From: Paraspadella gotoi | Taxonomy: Eukaryota > Animalia > Chaetognatha | Reading direction: 5' to 3' | Length of the DNA: 64,000 nucleotides | Assembly: GCA_051294375.1 (NCBI GenBank) | Contig: CM119265.1 | Span: 1,174,242-1,238,241 of the forward strand | Part shown: positions 51,863-64,000 of the stretch, piece by piece | Layout: each line of letters begins with the position of its first letter | Position numbering within the stretch: position 1 is the stretch's first letter | Position numbers and translations under genes: made by a program | Notes under the pieces: generated by a model | Told to the model about the DNA's origin: nothing | The model's input: only the letters and a program-made list of their open reading frames with translations | The model's database searches: none

Positions 51863-52359
51863 TGATGGCACGGGAAGATAGGCTAGAGGAAGAGAGAGAG
51901 GGGGTAAGACTGTCCTCTGGGATGGAAACGAGGTCAGATTTGGGTGAATGTTCGGCCTTTATTTTTTCCGAAGCGTCTCATTTCGTCTTAAATCGGTTAA
52001 TAAAGTTTATTTTTTATAATTTAAAAAATTAGGTTAAAGGTTAGGTAAAAAGCAATTAAGGTGAAAGATTAGGTTGAAAATTAGGGTGACAAGATTGAGA
52101 GGTGAAAGCTAAATTCAAGGATATTAAGGAACAGAAATCAGGAAAATAAAGCCTTTTGTTTCTTTTTTTTCTTTTTGTTGTTTTTGTTGTTTTTTTGTTT
52201 TTTTGTGATTGTTGTTACCATCTGTTGACCATCATTGTTTCCTATTGATAAACCCATTTTGTTTATCATATATACTTCTATTTTTCCGAAACTCTTGTTT
52301 ACGTCGTCGTCATTCATCGTCGTCGTCGTCGTTGTTGTTTTCTCCGTTTTCATTTGTAG

Positions 52360-52517
52360 GAGATCACATATTCGTCGTCGTTCGGTCGTCGTAATTCTGT
52401 TACGTCTTCTTTGATTACGTCGTCGTCGTCATCGTCGTGGTCTTTTCTCGTTTTTCGTCGTCGTCGTCGTCGTGCCGTCGTTCGTCGCTTTCCATGCGCA
52501 GGCTTTTTCCTCCAGAG
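52360..52517 (+). CDS. hil: Hillarin Ser-rich exon, inverted noisy copy
   Basis: Acceptor tttgtag, donor gtaaac. Its 3' end equals the reverse complement of 55179-55239. Confidence 0.45.
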
Positions 52518-52991
52518 GTAAACTTCCGGTGACACAGAAGAACAAGAAGGAGAGAGAGAGAAAGAGATTAGAGAGAGGGAGAAGGGAGTGAGAGAGGGAG
52601 GCCGGAAAAGGGAGCAGATGGATGTGTAAGGAGGGAGAGGGAGAGAGGAAAAGAGGGAGAGAGGAGAGGAGGGAGATGGCGAGATGAGCGGATGAGAGGA
52701 GGAGGGAGAGAGGAAGGGAGGGAGAGGAAGTAAGAATGGAGGAAAGACGAGAGCAGAAGGGTATGTGTCAAAGATCTGGGTTGAAGGTTCTTATCACAAA
52801 CGATATTGAGTGCAAGCAAAGAGACTTGAAGCGTCACATTAAAGATAAAAGATATCCTCGGTGGGTGACGAAACAATTGATATAGAAGTTTTCGAACTTT
52901 TGGTGTCAAGAAAAAGGTTTGATTGATTGAATTTGTAGTCGGGCATTGCCTAGGCATTCACCCCGCCTATAAGCATGACATCTTTAGTCCT

Positions 52992-53240
52992 GACCCGGTG
53001 GCTCATTGAGGTAAGCCATCAGCTCGATGAACCACTACGGGTCGGTTCAATCCCAGCCCAGGTACCTACCACTGCCGGCAGAGTGAGGACGGCCTAAGGC
53101 TGCCTTGGGGGGCGTAGCAAGCCTCAGCCTGCAGTTTCAAGCCAGGACCCGTTCCATGTCTGCTTAGCAGGGGTTGATAGAAGTATGGATAGTCATGCTT
53201 CTGCCTACTTAGCCCCTTATCCACAGATTGATTGATTGAT
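52992..53240 (+). mobile_element. tRNA-derived SINE (noisy inverted duplicate of 54430-54694)
   Basis: A-box ggtggctcattgag, B-box ggttcaatccc, (GATT)n tail. Confidence 0.7.
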
Positions 53241-53613
53241 GCCGTTGTATTGATAGATTGATTTTAAAAAAAATTTTGAATTTTAATATCTGAATATATA
53301 TAATCGTCATGTTTTTATAGTGTAATTGTTTTATTTTTACTTTTAATAGTGAGTTTAAAATACAAAGAAGGAGAAAGAGGAAAAAAATGTACCATAAAAC
53401 ATTTTTTTCTATTCGACCCATAACAACATTAAGAGGAGCGAGGAGGAGGAGAAGGAGGACGACGACGACGACGACGACGACGAGAGACAAATTCAAATTC
53501 TGCGTTCTTTTTCAGGGATCGAAACGGGAGAAAACACGCACAAGAAAAAGACCAAGGAAAAGACAAGGAAAATTAACAACTGAAATATGAAGAAAAGAGA
53601 AAATCTCTCTCTC

Positions 53614-53644
<31 letters not shown>

Positions 53645-54209
53645 GTTTATCCAATCTTTTCATTCTCTCTCTCTCTCTCTTATTTCTGCTCAATTGATTC
53701 CGTTTTTTTTGTGTTCCCTTTTTCCATTCATCATAAACTTTCTCTCAGCGATTTGCACTGTTTTCGTGTCCCATCATAGCGCAAAACGTTAATCACTTTA
53801 TCATCTTTAATGACATTAGGGTCAATTATCTGACATTATCAGACACTACACATGTCATCATCATCATCATTTCATCATCATCATCATAAGCAAAGTTATG
53901 TCATTTTGAAAGTTTTGAAAATTAAAAGATCTATTAATTTGATCAATCATCAACAATAATCAATCAAATCAAACATCAATCAAATCAAATCTATCCATCC
54001 CATCCATCAATTATCAATCAATCAAATCAACATCATTGTCATCAATCAATTCATCATCATGAATAAACAAATCAATCAAAACAATCATCAATCAATTATC
54101 AATTCAATCCATCAAATATTCAATCAATCACACAACCAAATCAATCAATCAATTCCCCCCAACCCCCTCCTCTCTCCACAGCCTCCCCTCGATCGCTTTC
54201 GTCTTCCAG

Positions 54210-54315
54210 ACGATCCGTACGCACAATCTCCTTTCTTCAAACTTCGATGGCCACAGACGGCCGGAGGAGATATCCTCTTCGAGATTTTGCGGAGCCAACT
54301 CGTCGACGAGCGATC
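54210..54315 (+). CDS. hil: Hillarin exon, 5' part, in the inverted block (RSVRTISF.KLRWPQTAGGDILFEIFASQLVDER after indel correction); truncated by the gap
   Basis: Acceptor tcttccag. Resembles recalled VAFRVHAP..G.FLLDIFAN. Needs two frameshift corrections. Confidence 0.6.
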
Positions 54316-54428
54316 NNNNNNNNNNNNNNNNNNNNNNNNNAAAATAAAACATTAGATTCGTTCTTTCCAAAATTAATATAGAAACAGAAGAATTCATATA
54401 GTAAAATTCAAATTGTTTTTAAATCAAG

Positions 54429-54429
<1 letters not shown>

Positions 54430-54462
<33 letters not shown>

Positions 54463-54694
54463 ATCTGTGGATAAGGCGCTAAGTGGGCAGAAGATGACTA
54501 TCCGTAACTTCTATAACCCCCTTTAGTAGCTAAGGAACGGGTCCTGGGCTTGGAACCAGGCTTGAGGGTTCGCCACACCCCCAAGGCGGCTTACGGCCGT
54601 CCTCACGCTTCCCGCAGGGTAGGCACCGGGTTGGGATTGAACCCGGTACCTAGTGGTCATGAGATGATAGCTTTACTCAATGAGCCACCGGGTC
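54430..54694 (-). mobile_element. tRNA-derived SINE, ~265 bp, in a hillarin intron
   Basis: Minus strand reads gacccGGTGGCTCATTGAG...GGGTTCAATCCC, with Pol III A/B boxes at tRNA-like spacing, a GC-rich body and a (GATT)n tail. Confidence 0.8.
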
Positions 54695-55178
54695 ACGACT
54701 GAATGTGTCATGCTTATAGGCGGGGTGAACCTAGGCAATGCCCGACTACAAATCAATCAATCAACCTTTTTTCTTGACACCAAAGTTCGAACTTCTATAT
54801 CAATTGTTTCGTCACCCACCGAGGATAATCTTATCTTTAATGTGACGCTTCAGTCTTTTGCTTCACTCAATATCGTTTGTGATAAGAATCTTCACCAGAT
54901 CTTTGANNNNNNNNNNNNNNNNNNNNNNNNNNNNNNNNNNNNNNNNNNNNNNNNNNNNNNNNNNNNNNNNNNNNNNNNNNNNNNNNNNNNNNNNNNNNNN
55001 NNNNNNNNNNNNNNNNNNNNNNNNNNNNNNNNNNNNNNNNNNNNNNNNNNNNNNNNNNNNNNNNNNNNNNNNNNNNNNNNNNNNNNNNNNNNNNNNNNNN
55101 NNNNNNNNNNNNNNNNNNNNNNNNNNNNNNNTTTTTCTCTCTCTCTCCTTCTTGTCTTCTCGTCCACCGGAAGTTTAC

Positions 55179-55239
55179 CTCTGGAGGAAAACAAAGCCTG
55201 CGCATGGAAGCGACGACGACGACGACGACGACGACGACG
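55179..55239 (-). CDS. hil: Hillarin exon 3' end (SSSSLPCAGFVFLQR); remainder in the gap
   Basis: Donor AG|gtaaac in phase 2 joins the RSVRTISF frame of exon 54210. The position corresponds to recalled SLKRFVMQS. Confidence 0.5.
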
Positions 55240-55732
55240 NNNNNNNNNNNNNNNNNNNNNNNNNNNNNNNNNNNNNNNNNNNNNNNNNNNNNNNNNNNNN
55301 NNNNNNNNNNNNNNNNNNNNNNNNNNNNNNNNNNNNNNNNNNNNNNNNNNNNNNNNNNNNNNNNNNNNNNNNNNNNNNNNNNNNNNNNNNNNNNNNNNNN
55401 NNNNNNNNNNNNNNNNNNNNNNNNNNNNNNNNNNNNNNNNNNNNNNNNNNNNNNNNNNNNNNNNNNNNGTAACAACAACAACAAAAAAACGAAACAAAAC
55501 AAAAACAAAAAACAAAACAAAAAGAAAAAAGAAACAAAAGGCTTTATTTCCCTGATTTCTCTTCCTTAATCCTTGAATTTAGCTTTCACCCTAATCTTTC
55601 AGAAAACGTGAGGAATTCACTGGAACTACATATAATATACATATATAAATAAGTTATATCATATATTTATTATTTCCCCTATCCTGCTTCCTTCTCCTTC
55701 TCCCTCACCCTCTCTCCTTCCTCTTTCTTCCT

Positions 55733-55776
<44 letters not shown>

Positions 55777-55933
55777 CTCTCTGCTCTCTCTCTTCTCTCT
55801 CTCTTTCTCTCACGTTTCTTCTCTCTCTCTCTCTCCTCTCTCTCATCTCTCTTCTCTTTCTCTCTCTCTCTCTCTCTCTCTTCTTTCTCTCTCTTTCTAC
55901 CTTCCCTTTCTCTTTTCCTTCCTCTCCTCTCCT

Positions 55934-55965
<32 letters not shown>

Positions 55966-56070
55966 CTCGCTCTCTTCTGCTCTCTGTCTTCCCTATCTCT
56001 GCTCTACCTTTCCCCTTTTTCATTTCCTTCCTTCTCCTCCTTCCTCTCTCTCTCCTCTCTCTCTTCTCTG

Positions 56071-56113
<43 letters not shown>

Positions 56114-56168
56114 TCATATCCCTAAATACTCTCTCTACCTTCCCTTTCTTTCCTTCCTCTCCTCCCTA

Positions 56169-56227
<59 letters not shown>

Positions 56228-58013
56228 TATCCCTATCTCTCTCTACCTTCCCCCTTTTTCTTTCCGTTCCTCTACTCTTCTCTGCATACTCTTCTCTCTC
56301 TCTCTCTCTCGACTACTGCCTCTCCTCATCTCTCTCTCTCTATTCTCTTCCTAGTGCGTTTCTCTGCTTATTGTTCTCTACTCTCTCTCCTCATGCTCTC
56401 GCTCTTCTCTCTGGCTCATCTTGACCGTTCCCGATCTTTCTCCTTCGTCTCCCTCCACTTCCCCAACCTCTCCCTCTCTATGAGAAAATTCGAAGTCATC
56501 TGCCCAATTCCGTAACCCGCCCTCTTACCATCTCTTTATCCCACTACGCTATTGAAATTCCGCTCAATCCATCGAAACAGTCACGTAAGCATCCCGATGC
56601 CGCTATACGAACCGAAGTGTCGTGACCCGAGCAGGCAAGAGCGAACGACTTCCATGTTTGGAAAGTACTCCCGACAGAAACCTTCAAAAGTTCCGACTCG
56701 CTTTTCAGATTTTCACTTGCTTAGAGAGGATCGCCGGGAAGGAATGGCCGCGTGAGAGGGGATCAGGTGATTGAGTGAAGGAGCATATCAGGCGTGTGCA
56801 ACGGTGAGAGGGGAAGAGGGATACACACGAATGTGACTGGAGCGACGGTGAGTGGCGAAACAGCGGATAGAGACGGGGAAGGGAGAGGGGAATCAGCAAC
56901 GGTCTGTATAGGGCAGGGACAGCACAGGGCTTATCAGACTAGTGTGCAGTGGAGGGACGAGCTAGGAACACACTGCGTGAAGGGGGACGCGGAAGAGACG
57001 AGGGAAAGCACGTGATGGCTGGAAGGAGCGGGAACAGCGGGTGAAGGCCGGTGGAAGCAGGGATAAATAGTGGGCAGGGTGACGAGGAAACAGCTGGTGG
57101 GCGTGGCGAGGGGAACAGTAGTGGGCCGCCGTAGGGAGAGCATCGAGGACAGCAGACCAGACGAGGGCAATGTCAAGGCGCGATGAAGACACACAGCGGT
57201 ACGAGGCGCCCGTCAGACGGAGCGAGAAACAGGTGCGGTGGTGGAGCGAGGCGAACAGAACGGTCAAGGACGAAGCCAGCTGGGGAGCGGCAGATACAAC
57301 GACGGGTACGGCCGCGTAGGAGGGTAAAGCAGCCAAGAAGGGCGATGCAGGGCGAATCCACAGGTGAGGGGCAGGCGTAGCAGGCGGAACAGACGTGAGG
57401 AGGACGGGGAGAAGGGGAATACAGACGGTGAGGGGTAGGATGGCAGAGCAGCTGCCGAATGTGGTGTAGATGTAGGGAGATGTAAGTGAAGGGAGCAGGC
57501 AGATTCAGTGTGAGGGGAGAGGGGAGACAGGTGAGTTGGTAGGAATGGGGAAACATCTGATGGGCAGGTATACAGAAAGGGCCTAGAGCAAGAGAGAGAA
57601 GGCGTAAGGTTCTCTCGGATGAGAAAAGCAGGTCAGGTTGGATCTCTCTCGTCCCAGCAGACGATGATGCCACCTATCCCATCATGCCGCGACACGAGTA
57701 GCTACCACTGGACGAGCAAACACCCGANNNNNNNNNNNNNNNNNNNNNNNNNGTTTCGAGAATTTCGACTTACGCCCTTTGCCCTTCGACGACGACGACG
57801 ACAACGTCGAGTATGACGACTACGACGACGACGACAACGACAACAACGACAACGACAACGACCACAACGACGACAACGACGACGACGACGACAACGACGA
57901 CGACGACCACAACGACGACGACGACGACGACGACGTCCTTTTTTCTTTCATTAGACTCGAGAGAGAAGAAAGACTTTGTCGATAGTCGTTTACGATGTTG
58001 TTGGTTTTTGTCG

Positions 58014-58059
<46 letters not shown>

Positions 58060-58242
58060 CGGCTTTGAATGTCCTCGAGAGATGAGAGAAAAAAAAGAAT
58101 CTGTCGATACTTGAAGACGAAAATGACGACGACGACGACGACGACGACAAAAGCTACAATAAATAAAAACAGCGACCAATTTGTAAACTTAGTAACTTCA
58201 ATTTGTTTACATTCAGAGAAAAATAGAGAGCAAAAGAGAAAG

Positions 58243-58278
<36 letters not shown>

Positions 58279-58684
58279 AAGAGAACAGAGAGAGAGAACA
58301 GAGAGAGAGAGAGAATGAGAGAATGAGAGAGAAATCGAGAGTTGATCAATGATTTTTCCATTTTTCTCTTTTCACATTCGCCATTTTCCATTTTCTTTCA
58401 CACGAATTCACGTCGAACGTGAGATTCTTTTTCTCACATCAAAATAAATTCACAGTGAAAAAAGCTTCAATGTTGTTTGTTTTATGTCACATAAAATCTC
58501 GACTAACAATAAATATGACCATAAATTTCTTTGCGAATTTCAAATCAAAATTTTATTTTCTTTCTTTTTTTCTTTTTTGCTTCATTTTTTATTTTCTGTT
58601 TTATTTTCTTCTTTTTTTTCCTTTTTCTTCAAACGATTTTCTTCCTCGAATTTTTTCTCCTTCAATGTTCGTCCGTCCAGAGGA

Positions 58685-58720
<36 letters not shown>

Positions 58721-59374
58721 NNNNNNNNNNNNNNNNNNNNNNNNNNNNNNNNNNNNNNNNNNNNNNNNNNNNNNNNNNNNNNNNNNNNNNNNNNNNNNNN
58801 NNNNNNNNNNNNNNNNNNNNNNNNNNNNNNNNNNNNNNNNNNNNNNNNNNNNNNNNNNNNNNNNNNNNNNNNNNNNNNNNNNNNNNNNNNNNNNNNNNNN
58901 NNNNNNNNNNNNNNNNNNNNNNNNNNNNNNNNNNNNNNNNNNNNNNNNNNNNNNNNNNNNNNNNNNNNNNNNNNNNNNNNNNNNNNNNNNNNNNNNNNNN
59001 NNNNNNNNNNNNNNNNNNNNNNNNNNNNNNNNNNNNNNNNNNNNNNNNNNNNNNNNNNNNNNNNNNNNNNNNNNNNNNNNNNNNNNNNNNNNNNNNNNNN
59101 NNNNNNNNNNNNNNNNNNNNNNNNNNNNNNNNNNNNNNNNNNNNNNNNNNNNNNNNNNNNNNNNNNNNNNNNNNNNNNNNNNNNNNNNNNNNNNNNNNNN
59201 NNNNNNNNNNNNNNNNNNNNNNNNNNNNNNNNNNNNNNNNNNNNNNNNNNNNNNNNNNNNNNNNNNNNNNNNNNNNNNNNNNNNNNNNNNNNNNNNNNNN
59301 NNNNNNNNNNNNNNNNNNNNNNNNNNNNNNNNNNNNNNNNNNNNNNNNNNNNNNNNNNNNNNNNNNNNNNNNNN

Positions 59375-59408
<34 letters not shown>

Positions 59409-59671
59409 TTTTTTCTCTCGATTTTCGCCAAAAAGAGAAAAAAAGATTTTTTTCCGTTTTTTTTATGGGAGAAAATTCAAAAGAGATGAAAGGAACCAAA
59501 AAAAGAGAAGTTATAGAGAAGAAGAGAGAAGAAAAGATAAGATAGAGAAAAATAGAGAGAGAAAAAAATGTGGTAACAAAAAGAAAAAAAGAAAAAAAGA
59601 AAAAAAAAAGAGTACAGAGAGACAGACAGAATGACAGACAGACAGAAGGTAAAAGAGATTAAGGAAAGAAG

Positions 59672-59705
<34 letters not shown>

Positions 59706-60403
59706 AANNNNNNNNNNNNNNNNNNNNNNNNNNNNNNNNNNNNNNNNNNNNNNNNNNNNNNNNNNNNNNNNNNNNNNNNNNNNNNNNNNNNNNNNNNNNN
59801 NNNNNNNNNNNNNNNNNNNNNNNNNNNNNNNNNNNNNNNNNNNNNNNNNNNNNNNNNNNNNNNNNNNNNNNNNNNNNNNNNNNNNNNNNNNNNNNNNNNN
59901 NNNNNNNNNNNNNNNNNNNNNNNNNNNNNNNNNNNNNGCAAAAAAAGATAAAAATAAAAAAAAAATGAGAAACTCACTTATGATATTTTTATCACGCACA
60001 GACTGAGTAAATCTCTAAATATAAATGAATGAAAGAATGAATCTTGTCTTTAATCAACTACATTCATCTACATTCATCAAAATTCATTCACCTCCCAGTT
60101 TGTCTTTTGTTTTATTATTTTTTTATTATTTTCGTTGTTGTCGCCATCTGTAGTCGGATCCTCACCTCATCCCATTATTTCTCGCGCCATAGAATTTCTC
60201 TCTCTAGAGAATCACGTGACTTTTATGTCTTTTGTTTTCTATTTGTTTTTTGTTGTTTTTTGTTTGTTTCTTTCTGTTTTCTGTAATAACTTTCTTTCAT
60301 TCTTGAGTTTTTATTTTGATTATTAGAATATATTTATCTGTTTATTACCTGTCTTTTCTTTCTTTATTTCTTTTGGTATTTCTTTCTTTCTTTCTTTCTT
60401 TTT

Positions 60404-60438
<35 letters not shown>

Positions 60439-60795
60439 CTTTCTTTCTTTCTTTCTTTCTTTCCTTTCTGTTTATACTGTTACACTTTCTTTTTTACTCT
60501 TTCGGTCTTTCTTCCTTTTCTCCTTCTTTCCTCCTTTTCTCCTTCTTTCCTTCTTTCTCACTTTCGTCATTTCTTCTTTATTTCCTCCTTTATTTTCTCG
60601 TCATCGCCTTTTCCTTTTCCTTTTCCTTTTCCTCATTTTCCTCCTTTTCCTCCCAATTTATCTTCGCCTCATTTTTATTTCTACATCAAAAAAAAAAAGA
60701 AGAAAAAGAAGAAAGAGAGAAAAGTTTTATATTCTTATATTTCTTTGTTTTTCGAAACAAATGAATGAGAGAAAAAGCGGAAAAGAAGAGAGAGT

Positions 60796-60851
<56 letters not shown>

Positions 60852-62054
60852 GAGAGAGAGAGAGAGAGAGCAGAAGAAGTATGACGTGGAAAGCGAAGGC
60901 GTGACGAAATATGAGATAATTAATAATGGAGAGAAAAAAGGTTTAATGATGTGAATGAAACATAACGATGCTAATAATAATAAAGATGATAATAACATGG
61001 AAATTTAACCAAAGAAAGTATAAAGTAAAGATGAGATCGTGAGAGAAAAAAATAAACCGAGAAAGGAAAAAGGAAAAAAAAATATTAGAGGTCAAACAAG
61101 AAACGGGATAGAGAGTGAGAGAGAGAAAGAGAGAGGGAGAGAGAGAGAGTTAACAGAAAAGAGAAAAGTTAAAAAGAAAGAAAAGTATAAAAAAAAGAAA
61201 AAAAGGACATAAATGAAAATAAAAGAAATAAAAAATGAAAAAAAGGCAAAAAATAAGGAAAGAAAAGAAAACGAAAAGAAAAAGAAAAGAAAAAAAAGAA
61301 AAGAGAAGAATGAGACTATCAAGTTGTAATCTTCGGGAATGAAGAGGAAAAACCAAAGAAGAAGAAAAAGATGGAAAAATCTGTTGAGAAAATGAAAAGA
61401 TTGAGGAGGAGGAAGAGGAGGAGGAGAAGGAAGAGGAGGAGGATGAGGAGGAGGAGGGACTGAAGATACTAGGCTAAGGAAAAGAAAATAAAGAAGAAAA
61501 GCTATAAAGAGTGAGAGAGAGAGAGAGAATGGGAAGGAAACAGAAGCAATTTCATAGGGAGAAAACCAGCGAGAGAGAGAGAGAGAGAGAAAAAGAGAGA
61601 GAGAGAGAGAAGAAAAAGAGATTTCTCGGAAATGGGCTGAAATAAACGTCAGCGGAAAAAACTGCTGTGAGATAAACGGACAGGTTATGTAGGTGAAGAC
61701 GGAAGATGCGGAATTGGAAAGGGGAATGAGAAGAATAGTGGAAAAGTAGTGGAAATGAGGTGGAAAAAGAGTGGAAAAGAGGTGGAAAAGGAGTAGAAAA
61801 GGAGTGGAAAAAAGGTGCAAAAGGGGTAGACAATTTGTGGAAAAGGAGGTAATAAAAGATGTGGAAAAGGGATGAAATTTGGCAAAAAATGGAAGATTAA
61901 AAAGGCGAGAAAGAAGATTGAAAGAAATAAAAGGAGAGAAATGGGTTAAAGAAAATTAAAGATACCAAAAAATTAGAGAAAGAGAAAATAGAGATGGAGA
62001 GAGAGAGTCAGAGATAGAGAGAGAGACAGAGAGAGAGATAGAGACACACACACA

Positions 62055-62086
<32 letters not shown>

Positions 62087-62349
62087 ATGTACAAAAAGAG
62101 AAAGAGAGTGAACGTGCAGACTGACATAAAAGCAGGAGAAAAAAAAGAAAGGGATTCTAAAAGATAAGAAGATAAAAAAGCTTTTTCCTCCGACCCTTGA
62201 CTTAAAAAAGAAATAAATAATCTTAAAATGTTGAAATTGAATTTTATTTGGTGGCAGCGGTGAATTTTAGATGGAAACATTAAAGTGCGAAGAGAGATAA
62301 AGTAAGTAAGTTCAGAGGGTAAAGGGATGGAAAAGGTGAGGAAAACAAG

Positions 62350-62930
62350 GCAAAAGGGGCTAGAAAAAAGGAAGGAAAAAGGAAAGGAGCCAGAGAAATG
62401 GAGAAAAAAAAGAAAGGAGCCAGAAAAAATGAAGGAAAAATGAAAGGAGCCATAGAAAAGGAGAGAAAAAAGAAAGGAGCCAGAAAAAAGGAAGGAAAAA
62501 GAAAGGAGCCAGAGAAAAGAAGAGAAAAAAGAAAGGAGCCAGAAAAAAGGAAGGAAAAAGGAAAGGAGCCAGAGAAAAGGAGAGAAAAAGGAAAGGGGCC
62601 AGAAAAAAGGAGAGAAAAAAATGGTCCAGAGAAAAGGAGAGAAAAAAATGGGCCAGAGAAAAGGAGAGAAAAAGAAAAGGGGCTAAATAAAAGGATAGAA
62701 AAAGGAAAGGGGCCAGAGAAAAGGAGAGAAAAAGCAAAGGGGCCAAAGAAAAGGAGAGAAAAAGGAAAGGGCCCAAGAAAAGGAGAGAAAAAGGAAAAAG
62801 GACAGAGAAAAGGAGAGAAAAAGGAAAGTGGACAGAGAAAAGGAGATAAAAAGAAAAAAGGCCAAAGAAAAGGAGAAAAAAAGGAAAGGGGCCAAAGAAA
62901 AGGAGAGAAAAAGGAAAGGGGCCAAAGACT
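62350..62930. repeat. ~30-bp purine-rich minisatellite (aaaggagccagagaaaaggagagaaaaagg-like)
   Basis: The periodicity is visible in the 60-column layout. Units drift gradually along the array. Confidence 0.9.
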
Positions 62931-63022
62931 AAAGGTTTTTGGGTTCAAAGGTCAACGGAAATTTCGTTCCGTTCGATTTCCGTAGTTCGATGGTTAACGA
63001 TGTGGATGAAACCAGGAGATGG

Positions 63023-63153
<131 letters not shown>

Positions 63154-63468
63154 CAATTTAAATAATCAATTAAAATAAAAATTTTGCAAGCGAATTATGA
63201 CCCTATACAATGCTTTTAATCTAGGAAACCTGTAAATTGATACATACATATCAGTCAAATTTCCATAATCTTAATTTTAAAAGATATTAAGTTTGCCTTG
63301 TTCTTTTAATAAATTTATCAGTATTTTAATCATACTAATGGTAATGGTATTTACTATTTTTTTGTTTATTTGTCGCTGTTTTCGTCATTTTCTGACACGA
63401 GTTACTTGTCCCTTAAAAGCCTAAAAAAGAAAGGAATCCCTCACCACAACAAACCATTGGCCGCCTTC

Positions 63469-63535
<67 letters not shown>

Positions 63536-64000
63536 GGCCTCTTCCACTCTGCCTTCTCATTACTGGCGAGCAACAAATTGAGGGTTTTCCATTTTCTCAG
63601 TAATTGCTCTTTCTCATTTTGGACAAGAAAAATTTCTTTTCCTTTTTCTTCCAGAAAACGAGGGAGAGATGAGAGAGAGAGAGAGATGAGAGAAGATCGA
63701 GAGAGAGCCAGAGGGAGAGAAGGAGAGAGAGAAAAGCTTGACCCGACCAAAGATATTGGATATTGAAGTGAAAGGATCAGATTCTATTTATAGTAAACGT
63801 GGATTCACGCCACACGATTTGGCATTTCTAAGAAAATCACTTTTTTTTGAGGCATCGAAATAGAAAATTAGGGAGACGTCCCGTCACTACTATTACATTT
63901 TACATTCATTTATAACTATAATAACTGCTTTCATATCTTTCAAAAATATATATTTTTTCATAATACCTTCATCGGAATACAGCTATTGACGGAACCATGT

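Larger units (their letters stand above)
48915..58720. repeat. Nested duplications: 48915-49917 is the reverse complement of 57753-58720; 49910-51940 is a direct copy of 55600-57650; 52105-53300 is the reverse complement of 54390-55595
   Basis: Anchors include tatcgacaaagtctttcttctctctcgagtctaatg (49681) versus ~57950-57985, gaattcactg at 49923 and ~55613, and SINE copies in opposite orientation. 25-N gaps lie at 54316 and 57728. Confidence 0.9.

Noticed and set aside
56934-57673. GC-rich ORFs of 86-166 aa
   Set aside because: Error-degraded copy of the G-rich minisatellite at 50950-51862.
62280-62985. 195-222 aa Lys/Glu-rich or Phe-rich repeat ORFs
   Set aside because: A purine-rich minisatellite open in several frames, with no splice signals or domain evidence.

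Overview
AT-rich animal (invertebrate-like) genomic scaffold saturated with (AG/CT)n, (TCG)n, (CAA)n and (GATT)n microsatellites, with many N gaps. No prokaryotic features are present, and almost all ORFs in the supplied track are microsatellite or gap artefacts. Two genes can be supported. (1) A multi-exon hillarin (KY/transglutaminase-like plus KY-type Ig-like repeats) gene on the minus strand across about 31-57 kb, recognised from motifs LPFVRSLFFHYG, PLPDCAAGEWGP and THCCKYL. Several of its exons now lie in inverted or duplicated, indel-rich blocks. (2) A plus-strand secreted protein at 17.4-19.0 kb, with a signal peptide, RPxx pentapeptide repeats, an RHPR site and a basic C-terminal segment, which I do not recognise. 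A large part of the window is near-identical direct or inverted duplication, including a ~20 kb palindrome centred on a 25-N gap. The six exactly-25-N gaps, the indel-type divergence and the scrambled hillarin exon order indicate long-read gap-filling artefacts rather than biology. Also present: a tRNA-derived SINE, foldback elements with telomere-like cores, a Helentron/HINE-like end and several minisatellites, three of which are tandem amplifications of a splice-donor junction. All family assignments come from recalled motifs; no searches were run.
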